Positions 9,521 to 18,800 of a DNA stretch of 64,000 nt are shown piece by piece. Origin of the DNA: Thermoanaerobaculia bacterium (lineage in GTDB: Bacteria; Acidobacteriota; Thermoanaerobaculia; Gp7-AA8). Position numbers and translations under genes: made by a program. Each line of letters starts with the position of its first letter. Within the stretch, counting starts at the first letter, position 1. Below the pieces are notes generated by a model. It was given only the letters and a program-made list of their open reading frames with translations. It did not search any database and had not been told where the DNA came from. The stretch spans positions 274,877 through 338,876 of the forward strand of contig DATAJY010000015.1 in the NCBI GenBank assembly GCA_036261885.1. Reading direction: 5' to 3'.

Positions 9521-12500
9521 CTACTTCATTTCTTTGAGGCGCAGTTGCGCGAGCGCCCACGTCGTTCCCTCGGGCCGGGGCGGTTTCGGGATGTTCCTGT
9601 AGACCTCCGCCGCGGCGTCGAGGATGCCGTAGTTTTCGGCGATGCGTCCGACGACGTACCAGTCGGATGGCGTGAGCTCGTCGGTGTCGAGCTGCTCGAG
9701 GCTCTTGAGCAGCGTATCGCGCGCTTCGGACGAGTTGCCCTGCTCGGCGTAAACGACCGCCAGCGTGTTCAGGATCGCGTAGGAGCTCGGCTCCTGCCCC
9801 GCGGCATGCTGCGCGTGCTCGAGCGCCGTGCCCATCTCCTTCTTCGCGAAAACGGCGGCCCAGGCGTGCTCGTTGTAATCGCTGGCCGTCGCGTTGGCGC
9901 GGTCGAGGACCTGGCTGAAGTACTGCTCGGCATCGGCGTACGCGCCGCGTTCGAGCGCATCGTTGCCGAGCACCTGCAGCGCGGTGATGTCGCCGGGCAT
10001 TTTCTCGAGACGCGCTTTCGCACGCGCGCGCAGTTCATCGCCGCGTTTCAGTTTCGACAGCGATCCCATCGCCGAACCGAAGGCGCGGCCGGAATCGGGA
10101 AAGCGCTCGACGAGACGATCGGCAACTTTGAGCACGTCTTCCCAGCGGTCGAGCACCTGATAGGCGTCGACGAGCGACTGATCGATGCGCCACTGCATGT
10201 CCGGCGACGCGCTCGCGCGCGCCGCTTCGAGCACCGGCAGCGCGAGCTCGGCCGACTTCTTCGTATCCGGCAGCAGCATCGCCGCGGCCAGACGCACTTC
10301 CTCGGCGGTTGCTTCCCTGCCGCGCGTCCAGGTGGCGGCGAACGGATTCGAGCCGACCGGATCGTCGCTGCCGCCGGTGATGTGCTCGCGCGCCCAGTCG
10401 AGCCACTGGCGCGCGGCTGCGACCTCGTTCCTGTCCGCGAGCTTCAGCGCGCGCAGTCCGAACTCCGCGGGTGATTCTCCGGTCGCGGCGACACGGTACT
10501 GGCCGTTCTCGCGCACGACGTATGCGGTGAAATCGCTCTTCACGCCGCCGCCCGGCGCGCGTCCGCGCAGACGGATGCCGACGTTCTCATCGCCGTCCTT
10601 CTGGAACGTGAAGGCGGACATCGCGAAGTCGGCGATCATCTTCGCCTCTTCGTTTCTCTTCTTGAGCGCGCGCTTCACCATCAGCGTGCCGGCGTCGCTG
10701 CTCTGCCGCCGCCGCGCGCGATCGGCTTTTCCTTCGCCGTCGAACACATCGGCGACGTCCGCCGTCGCGTAGCGCTTGTTCAAATCCTCGGAATCGACGT
10801 TGCCGACGAACATGTCGAGGAAGACGTTCTTGAGCAGCGAGGTGGCGTCGTTCGGATCGAGCTTCACGTCCTCGTGGCGCATCGTCTTGCGGATGAGATC
10901 CGCCTGCGCGCGGATCTGGGCCGCATTCGGCGCGCCCTGCGCGGCCGCGCTGAGGAGATCGGCGGCGGCGGGATATTGCCGGAGCAGCATCAGCACGCTG
11001 CCGGCGGTGGTCATCGCCTCGCGTCGCGTGGCCAGCGGGATCTGCGATGCGGCACTCACCGCGGCCGCTCCGCCGTCGCTCGCACCGGCCACCACGAGCT
11101 TGAACGAATCCTTCGCCTGCGTGTCGGTGGTCTCGGACAGCAGCTTCTTCAACTCGTCCCACTTCGCGCGATGCGAGTAGAGCTGCATCAGCTCGCGATC
11201 GATGCCGGCATCGTCGGCTTCTTCGATGTCTTTCTTGAGCGCGAGATATTCGGCGATCGCTTCATCGAGACGGGCAGGGTCGCCGTAGCGTTCCCCGCTG
11301 TCGGAGAACTGCAGCGCGAAGGCGAGCTCGGCCCGGATGTTGATGTCTTTCGGGTCGAGCTCCTTCGCCTTGCGGTATTCGGCGATCGCGCCTTTGAGAT
11401 CGGCGCCGGTGCGCCATGGACGTCCGATCAGATCGTTCGTCAGCACGTACGCGTAGACCGCGTGTGCGCGCGCCGATTTCGGTTCGATCTCCACCGCCTT
11501 CTTCGCCTCGCGGCGCGCGGCGGCGCCGAGACCACCGCTCAGCAGCGTGTGCGCGACGTCGGCGCGATGCAGACCTTCCTTCGGATGGAGCTCGGCGACG
11601 CGGCGGAACTCCGCGACCGCCTGGCCCACTTCCCCGCTTTCGAGGAACTTGCGCCCTTTCTGATCGAAGTAGAAGAGGAAGGCTTTTTCTTCGTTCAGTT
11701 TCACCACCGCTTCGCGCAGCTCTTCGAACTGTGCGGCGGTGATGCGGCGCGGGCCCGAATCCATCTTGTAGTTCGCGACCACGGCGCCGTCGGCGCGCGT
11801 GCTGTAGCTCTTCGTGATCGTGGCGGTGCCGAGCCTGAGCGTCTCGGGCTCGGGGATCTGACGCGGCTCGTAGCCGAGAGGCGGATGAAGAATGTAGGTG
11901 AGCTCGAGGACGTACGGCTTGGCGAACAGGTAGTCGTACTTGCGGGGCTTTCCTTCCGCCTCTTCGCGAGCCTTGGTGCTCTGATGAAAGTCGGACGGCA
12001 GATCGCCGACGAGGCGCGACCAGAAGATGCCGACGGCCGCTTCGCCTTCCGCGGTGACGCCGCGTCCCGCTTCCTTCGATTCGATGGTCAGCACGAACGG
12101 CTTCGCCAGCGCGCGCGAATCACTCTTCTCCCACTTCACGAGCTCCTTGGCGAGGTACGCCTGTTCGACGTACGACTTCATCTGCTCGCCGATGCTCTTG
12201 GTGTCGGTGGTGTTGTAGTAGCGGCGATTGGTCCGCTCGTCGCTGCCGTGGTACTCGTTCGTTTCGATGATCCGCGCCTTGCCGTCCTCGGAGAGGAAGA
12301 ACTCGCGCGTCTCGACGGTGCGATTCGCACTCGCTTCCGCGAGCGGCGTGCGCACCAGCGCGGTGGTGTCGTTCCTGGCGACGAGCACGAGCCGTCCCTG
12401 ATCGGAGTCCGGCAGCTCGCCGGCGCGCGCGAATTCGTCGGTCGGATCGATCCACATGCCGTCGCCGGTCTGGACGATGACGTGATTGAAATGTCCGAGG

Positions 12501-13621
12501 CCGGGGAGCTCTGGCTCGACGTCGAAACCCCAGCCGGAGTTGATCAGCACCGCATGCGCGGGGATGCCGGCCTGGCGCAGCATGGCCACGAGCAGCGTTG
12601 CCTTGTCTTTGCAGTCGCCATACTTGTTGCGCAGCGTCTCGGCCGGCGTGCGCGGGAAGATCGAGCCTTCTCCGAACTCGACGCCGGCGTAGCGGACGTC
12701 GCGCTCGATGGCCGCGAGAATGCGGCGGATTTTCTCCTGCGGCTCTTTCGCGTCGCCGATGGCGGCCGCCGTCGCTTTGGCCACCGAACCGAGGTCGCCG
12801 ATCTTCTCGTCGACGATCTCGCTGTAGCGCTGCGCCACGGTCTGCCACGACCTGCCGGTCGTCCAGGCGACGTACGACTTCGAGTTCACGTCGGGCGGGA
12901 CATACCACTCCATCCGTTCGAGCGCGTTCTGCGGACCGGTCTCGAACAACAGCCGCGTGACGCCGTTCGCTTCGGTGCGCTGCGGCTCGATGCGCGGCTC
13001 GCTCTTGTTCGCGAGCTTCACGTCGAGCGTGGACGGATACTCGAGCACGAGCCTCGACTGGCGTGTCTCGACCCAGCGTCCGAACTGATGGCGATCGGCC
13101 ATGCCGGTGTCGCGCAGCGGGTTCTTGTCGCGATAGGTGATGGTCTGTTCCACGACCGCGCCCGGCGCGACCGCGGGAATCGGTCCGCTGAGAATGCGCG
13201 TGTCGCTGAACATGTCGGGATCGTCTTCGGCATCGCCGGCGCCGAACGATTTCGGATCGAGGCGATGCACCGCGCCGTCGGCCGTGATCACGCGCGCGTC
13301 GACGGTCGGACGCTCGTGATACCACGGCTGCCACGACGTCTCGATCGTGGCCCAGCCATCGACCGCGCTCTCATCGATGACGCGGAAGATCAGTCGCTCG
13401 ACGCGCGTGGCGCGCCCGTCGGCCTCGAAGCGGACGACGTTCTCGTCGAGCAGCACGATCACGCCTTCTTCGGGCTTCTGCGGTTTGATCGATTCCGCGG
13501 CCGCGAGCAGTGCCTTCGGGTCGGACGCGAACGGCGCGCCGTCCCAGACTTCGGCTGCATTCAGGCTGAGGGAAAAAGAAAGAACGACGAGCGCGAGCGC
13601 GCGCGGAAGAAGACGAAACAT
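9521..13621 (-). CDS. Secreted DUF3857/transglutaminase-like cysteine protease-fold protein with extensive TPR region
   Basis: ORF 9521..13912. Start placed at MFRLLPRALALVVLSFSLSLNAAEV (signal peptide; ATG at 13619-13621). Transglutaminase core KYGDCKDKATLLVAMLRQAGIPAHAVLINSGW. The C-terminal half is TPR-like helical repeats. Confidence 0.85.
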   Translation of the reverse strand: MFRLLPRALALVVLSFSLSLNAAEVWDGAPFASDPKALLAAAESIKPQKPEEGVIVLLDENVVRFEADGRATRVERLIFRVIDESAVDGWATIETSWQPWYHERPTVDARVITADGAVHRLDPKSFGAGDAEDDPDMFSDTRILSGPIPAVAPGAVVEQTITYRDKNPLRDTGMADRHQFGRWVETRQSRLVLEYPSTLDVKLANKSEPRIEPQRTEANGVTRLLFETGPQNALERMEWYVPPDVNSKSYVAWTTGRSWQTVAQRYSEIVDEKIGDLGSVAKATAAAIGDAKEPQEKIRRILAAIERDVRYAGVEFGEGSIFPRTPAETLRNKYGDCKDKATLLVAMLRQAGIPAHAVLINSGWGFDVEPELPGLGHFNHVIVQTGDGMWIDPTDEFARAGELPDSDQGRLVLVARNDTTALVRTPLAEASANRTVETREFFLSEDGKARIIETNEYHGSDERTNRRYYNTTDTKSIGEQMKSYVEQAYLAKELVKWEKSDSRALAKPFVLTIESKEAGRGVTAEGEAAVGIFWSRLVGDLPSDFHQSTKAREEAEGKPRKYDYLFAKPYVLELTYILHPPLGYEPRQIPEPETLRLGTATITKSYSTRADGAVVANYKMDSGPRRITAAQFEELREAVVKLNEEKAFLFYFDQKGRKFLESGEVGQAVAEFRRVAELHPKEGLHRADVAHTLLSGGLGAAARREAKKAVEIEPKSARAHAVYAYVLTNDLIGRPWRTGADLKGAIAEYRKAKELDPKDINIRAELAFALQFSDSGERYGDPARLDEAIAEYLALKKDIEEADDAGIDRELMQLYSHRAKWDELKKLLSETTDTQAKDSFKLVVAGASDGGAAAVSAASQIPLATRREAMTTAGSVLMLLRQYPAAADLLSAAAQGAPNAAQIRAQADLIRKTMRHEDVKLDPNDATSLLKNVFLDMFVGNVDSEDLNKRYATADVADVFDGEGKADRARRRQSSDAGTLMVKRALKKRNEEAKMIADFAMSAFTFQKDGDENVGIRLRGRAPGGGVKSDFTAYVVRENGQYRVAATGESPAEFGLRALKLADRNEVAAARQWLDWAREHITGGSDDPVGSNPFAATWTRGREATAEEVRLAAAMLLPDTKKSAELALPVLEAARASASPDMQWRIDQSLVDAYQVLDRWEDVLKVADRLVERFPDSGRAFGSAMGSLSKLKRGDELRARAKARLEKMPGDITALQVLGNDALERGAYADAEQYFSQVLDRANATASDYNEHAWAAVFAKKEMGTALEHAQHAAGQEPSSYAILNTLAVVYAEQGNSSEARDTLLKSLEQLDTDELTPSDWYVVGRIAENYGILDAAAEVYRNIPKPPRPEGTTWALAQLRLKEMK

Positions 13622-13679
13622 CGATTTGGACTCCGGATTTGGGGTTGACCGCCTGGACCTCTGGTCCGGCATGGTAGGG

Positions 13680-14528
13680 CTAGAGCTTCTCTGCCACAAA
13701 TAAAATCGAAGCGGCACGGTGGAGCTCGTCGAATGCCTTTTCGCGCGGCGAGCCGTGAAAATACTTGCGCGGCGCGAGAAAGGGCATGGCCCGCCCGACG
13801 CGATACACGCTTTCGAGCAGCAGCTTCTGCACGCGGGGATAGCGTCCCATTTTCGCCAGCGCGTGCAGCGTGTCGTACGACGACCAGAGCCGCACCACGC
13901 GCAGCCCCGCATCGCGCATCACCTTCATGACGCCGAAGGCGGTGTGATGAAAGTAGGAATCGTGAAACGGCTCGCCCTGCGACACGCCGCCGAAATAGAT
14001 TCCGCCGCCGCGCAGCACGCGCGCCACTTCGCGCACGGCCAGAAACGGGTCGTACAGATGTTCGAGCACGGCGTACGAGAGCACGGCGTCGAACGTCGCA
14101 TCGCCGAAGGGAAGCGCGTGCGCGTCCGCGAGGAGATCGGCCGCGCTGGAGCCGTAATCGATGCCGACGTAATTCGCGCCGATGTGCTGGGCGGGGACGG
14201 CCTGGTCGCGCGGACCGCAGCCGAGGTCGAGCAGATTCATGTTCGGCCGCAGCCACGCGCTCGCGGCGGAGAAGAGCTCGGAGGAGTCGCGTTGCGCGGG
14301 AGGTCCGTCGTAGACCAGAGGCGGACGCTCGATGAGCACGTGGTGCAGATCGTCCGGCGCGCTGGAGCCGATCGAAATCGTCTGCGCCCGCGGTTGCGGA
14401 TTCTGCGGACGAAGGTCGAGCGGCTCCCCATCGGGCACGCGGAAGCCGCACGTGCAGGTAAACGCGAGCTCGAGAGGGCGCTGACAATCCGGACAGGCCA
14501 GATGTCGCTCGAACCACGCGTCGTGCAT
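13680..14528 (-). CDS. SAM-dependent methyltransferase with N-terminal Trm112-like C4 zinc ribbon
   Basis: 282 aa. CPDCQRPLELAFTCTCG zinc ribbon. Motif I LLDLGCGPRDQ. Methyltransf_11-like VLSYAVLEHLYDP. Confidence 0.8.
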   Translation of the reverse strand: MHDAWFERHLACPDCQRPLELAFTCTCGFRVPDGEPLDLRPQNPQPRAQTISIGSSAPDDLHHVLIERPPLVYDGPPAQRDSSELFSAASAWLRPNMNLLDLGCGPRDQAVPAQHIGANYVGIDYGSSAADLLADAHALPFGDATFDAVLSYAVLEHLYDPFLAVREVARVLRGGGIYFGGVSQGEPFHDSYFHHTAFGVMKVMRDAGLRVVRLWSSYDTLHALAKMGRYPRVQKLLLESVYRVGRAMPFLAPRKYFHGSPREKAFDELHRAASILFVAEKL

Positions 14529-14597
14529 GGCGCATTGTGCACCGGGAACGCCGCCGCTCTCAGACGGAAGCAGGACGGGCGGGTTTACACTCCGCGC

Positions 14598-15071
14598 ATG
14601 GATTTCAATCGGATCATCAAAGCGGTCGTGGTCCTCGGCCTCGTGCTGTTCGTCTGGAAAGCGGGGTTGCCGTGGCTGAAGAAGCAGAACTTCGGCGGCT
14701 CCACCGCGTCGAGCAGCGCCACCGGCAGGAGCGGCGCCGAGTCGTCGTGCATTCGCAGCGCGGAGAACGCATCGGGCGCCTGGGGCAACGGCATCGGCCG
14801 CTTCGTGAATCCGCCGTACGACACCAGCGCGTGGGCGAGCTTCCGCTCCGACGTCGAATCGAAGATCGGCAATGCGGAGTCGGCGTGCAGCTGCACGCAG
14901 GAGTCGTGCGAGAAAGTGCGCACCTCGATGCGCGAATTGCGCGGCCTGATCTCCGAGATCGACGGCGCCATCCGCGGGAACGGCTCGTTCCCCGAAGACG
15001 CGGTGGCGCGGCAGGAACGGATCGATACGCTCATCAATGAAGCGGGAGACCTCGTGAGGGCAGGCAAGTAG
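14598..15071 (+). CDS. Small membrane-anchored hypothetical protein
   Basis: In-frame ATG at 14598 inside ORF 13719..15071 (MDFNRIIKAVVVLGLVLFVWKAGLPWLKK). The upstream part of that ORF is antisense to the methyltransferase. The composition looks protein-like rather than shadow-like. Its stop overlaps the GTG start of the next gene. Confidence 0.5.
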   Translation: MDFNRIIKAVVVLGLVLFVWKAGLPWLKKQNFGGSTASSSATGRSGAESSCIRSAENASGAWGNGIGRFVNPPYDTSAWASFRSDVESKIGNAESACSCTQESCEKVRTSMRELRGLISEIDGAIRGNGSFPEDAVARQERIDTLINEAGDLVRAGK

Positions 15072-15814
15072 TGCCGGAGATCGCGAGCCCTCCCGAGCTT
15101 CCGTCTCATCTGCTGCACGGCGTCGGTCCCGGTGATTTCTGGGCCGTCGGCCAGCACACGGTTGGTCTGGTCCGGCAACTCGCGCACCTCGGCGGCGCGA
15201 GCGAGCGCGTGCTCGACATCGGGTGCGGCATGGGCCGCGTGGCCTGGCCGCTCGCGCAGGCGCTCGATGAACGAAGCACCTACGACGGCTTCGACACGCT
15301 TGCGCCGTACGTCGAGGCCTGTCGCGAGCGGCTGGCGTTGAATCCCGAGCGATACCGCTTCCATCACTTCGATCTGCACAGTTCGCTCTACAACCCGAAC
15401 GGCGCGATCCGGTCGGAGGATTTTCACTTTCCGTGGAACGACGGCGCGTTCACGCTCGCCATCGCCACCTCGCTGTTCACGCATCTCACGCCGGCGGCGG
15501 CGACGCACTACCTGCGCGAGATTGCCCGCACGCTCGCGAGGGGCGGCCGGCTTTACGCGACGTTCTTCGTGCTCGACGATCATGCGCGCGAGTTGATGCG
15601 CGAACGTCCGACCGATCCCGACTTTCGTGCGCCGTTCCCCGAGGGGATGTACGCGGATGCGGAGAATCCCGAGGCCGCCGTCGCATTCGATGCGCAGTGG
15701 TTGTTGAAGACGTTTCTCGAGGCCGGCTACAAGATCGAACACTACGCGCCCGGCTACTGGCGGCGCACCGCCGGCGCGGAGTATCAGGATGTCGTCGTGG
15801 CGTCGAAGACGTAG
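15071..15814 (+). CDS. Class I SAM-dependent methyltransferase
   Basis: 247 aa. GTG start. Motif I VLDIGCGMGRVAWPLAQAL. Post-I acidic residue and motif II-like FTLAIATSLFTHL. Confidence 0.8.
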   Translation: MPEIASPPELPSHLLHGVGPGDFWAVGQHTVGLVRQLAHLGGASERVLDIGCGMGRVAWPLAQALDERSTYDGFDTLAPYVEACRERLALNPERYRFHHFDLHSSLYNPNGAIRSEDFHFPWNDGAFTLAIATSLFTHLTPAAATHYLREIARTLARGGRLYATFFVLDDHARELMRERPTDPDFRAPFPEGMYADAENPEAAVAFDAQWLLKTFLEAGYKIEHYAPGYWRRTAGAEYQDVVVASKT

Positions 15815-15822
15815 CTGCGCCG

Positions 15823-18800
15823 TCAGCCGCGTTTCTCGTCGGTCAACGTCGCCAGCGCGGAGACGCTGATGCCTTCGAGCGTCGAGACGAGCGAGCCGAG
15901 ATCCTCGATCTGTTCGAGTCGCGCGATGGCCTGCTTCACGCGTGGATCGGCGACCGCCTTGTAGCTCTTGAAGCGATGGGCCATGAAGCGCAGCAGCGGG
16001 ATGAGCGTGCCGTTGATGAGATACGCCTCGCGCGAGATCAGGCCTGCTTCCTGTTGCGCGGGCGCCGGGGCCGGTGACGCGGCGATCGGGAGTCGCGCCG
16101 CGTGCAGCTCGCGGAGCGCGAGCAGCGTTTCGTCGAGTTTCGCGAGGTAAGGGGTGAGGTCCATCGGCGGCGCCGAGGAGGTCGTGACGGCGATCGTTTC
16201 CTCGAGGCGCGGCGTGCTCTCGAATCCGGCGATCGCTTTGGCGACTTCGCCGATGCGGTCGGAGACGACGCTCAGCTCGGCCATGACGCGCGCGGCAGGA
16301 TCGGCTTCCGTGCCGCCGAGGCGTTGCACGCGCACGAAGCCGCGGCGGATGTCGTCCCAGCGCGCGGTCTGCGTCTCGTTCAGGCGGCCGCGGATCTCGG
16401 CCAGCTTCAACAGGTTCTCTTCGGCACCGGTGGTGAGCGTCTGCGCTTCGCCGAGGTAGTGATCGTCGATCAGACGTTCGAGCTCGGCGTCGTTCATCGC
16501 CGGAAGCACCTTCTCCGCGAGCTTGGACATGTTGCGATACGAGCCCTGCAGCTTGAACGGCGGCTCGGTGCGATAGGCGTTCTGCTGCGCGGCGGAGAGC
16601 ACGTACTGGCGATTGATCCTCGAGAGGAGTTGCTGCACGCGTACCAGGTGACGCATCGTGCCGAGCAGCTCGTTGAGCTCGACGCTCGAGTAGCCGTGCG
16701 CGAGTTGATCGGCCTGAATCGCTTCGCCGCGGGCCATGCGCACCAGTTTGTGCACGTCTTCCGGCTCGCGCGTGAGCAGCGGTGCGGTGATCGGATTCGC
16801 GGTGAGCGCATTTTCGATGTAGCTCAGCTCGAACAGTTCGTCGCGGCCCTGCAGCACTTCGCCGAGGTTGTAGACGTCGGCGCGGTTGGCCAGCATGTCC
16901 GGGATCTCGAACTTCTCACCCGACTCCGTGTACGGATTGCCGGCCATGCAGACCGCGAAGCGTTTGCCGCGCAGGTCGTAGGTCTTCGTCTCGCCGCGCC
17001 AGACGCCTTCGATCTTGCGCTGGGCGTCGCAGAGCGAAATGAATTTCTGGAGGAACTCGGCGTGCGTGTGCTGGATGTCATCGACGTACAACAACACGTT
17101 GTTGGCCATCTCCAGCGCGAGGTTGAGTTTGATGATCTCCTGCCGCGAGGTCGCATTCGGCGCTTCCGCGGGATCGAGCGAACGGACCGAATGTCCTAGC
17201 GCGGGACCGTTGATCTTCACGAACACGAGCCCGAGCCGCTGCGCGATGTACTCCATCAGCGTGGTCTTGCCGTAGCCCGGCGGCGAGACGAGCAGCAGCA
17301 GTCCCATCAGATCGGTCCGTTTTTTCTCGCCCGCCACGCCGATCTGTTTGGCCAGGTTGGCTCCGATCAGCGGCAGGTACACCTCGGAGATCAGTTTGTT
17401 GCGGACGAACGCCGACATGATCTTCGGCTGCAGCTCGCCGAGACGGAGCCGCTTCCGTTCGCGCTCGAGAATGGCCGTGCGCGTCTGCTGATACGCGCGG
17501 AAGCCCGGCACGCGCTGCGCCTGAAACGCCGTCAGCCGCGTCAGGAACTCATCGAGCTGCAGCTCGAGCGCACCGTTGACGACGCGCGGATGCTGCCCGA
17601 GAAGTCCTTCGACGTTTCTCGTGGTCGTCGCGGACGAGACCTCGCGCGAGAGCAATCCGTTCGTGAGGATGTGCGCGGCCGCTTCGATGTCCGGAACGTA
17701 CGCGTGCACGACCGCCCACTGGCGGGGAAGGTCGAGGTCACGCACATCGACGGGGCAGCTCGCCTTGCTCGCTTCCGCGGCGAGAACGAAGCGGATGGGG
17801 GACGTGGCGATTTCCTCGTAGAGGTACTCGCCAGCGCCGGAGATGTTGCCGAGGTCGATGGGAAGCCATCGTTCGATGGCTTCCTGCAGTTCCTGGCGAA
17901 GCGCAACGCCGGCGTCGCTTCCCGGAGCGCCGGCTTCCCAGCCGGCCGGGTCGCCGGCATCCTTGCCGGCTTGAAGCCGGCGGTCCGGCCGGCTTGAAAG
18001 CCGGCGCTCCGAGATGGACGCCAGCGCTCCGCTTTGCGCGGCCCACTGTCCTTTCAACTTCTCATCGTCGAAGAACGCCCAGAACAGCGTGGCTGCCGCT
18101 CTTGCGGCGGGCGTGTATCGCAGCAGCCCGGCGGCGGAGCGCAGCGTCTGGAGCGCGGATGCGATCCGTTCCGCGTCGTGATCGTGCACGCCGCGCTCGT
18201 AGCCTTCGTCGTAGCGTTCGCGGAAATCGCCGCCGGTGAAGGCGAGGTATTCGGCGCGGTAGACGTCTTTCGTTTCGGAGACGAGCTCCTGTTCCCAGAA
18301 GTCTTTCGTCTTCTCGAACTCGGGATCGGTGATCGGCTCGAAGAAGCCGGTACCGGTGATGTGGAGGTGCGGCACACCGTCGCGCGGCACGACCGTCAGC
18401 TCGATCGACTGCGTGTTGACGCTGAAGCGATGCTGACCGAAGCGGACGATGTTCGCGCCCTCTTCGAACAATTCCTTCTTGTCGCGCAGCGTGCGCGCCG
18501 CTTCGTCGCGTGCCGCTTTGAGGCGGCCGTCGATTTCATCGGCGCGGACGATGTCGCCGAGCTCGCGCAGTTTCGCCGAGGTGGAGCGCAGCTTGGCCAC
18601 CATCGCGTCGGAGGCGAAGAACGCGTTCAGCGCATCGACGTCGAGCAGCGTTTCGGCGCGACGGGCGATGCCCTGCAGGATGCGCTCGGCGGCGCTGCTC
18701 AGCTGTTCGGCGCGGCGCTGCCGCTGTTCGAGCAGCGACTGCTTCTTCGCGGAGAATGCCTCGTAGACCTCTTCGCGCTTGGTGGCCAGTTGGGCCGCGA

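Noticed and set aside
8501-13648. Plus-strand ORFs 8501..10474 (657 aa) and 10874..13648 (924 aa)
   Set aside because: Antisense shadows of the methyltransferase and transglutaminase genes.
14585-15742. 385-aa minus-strand ORF
   Set aside because: Spans two well-supported plus-strand genes. Arg-rich. No motifs.
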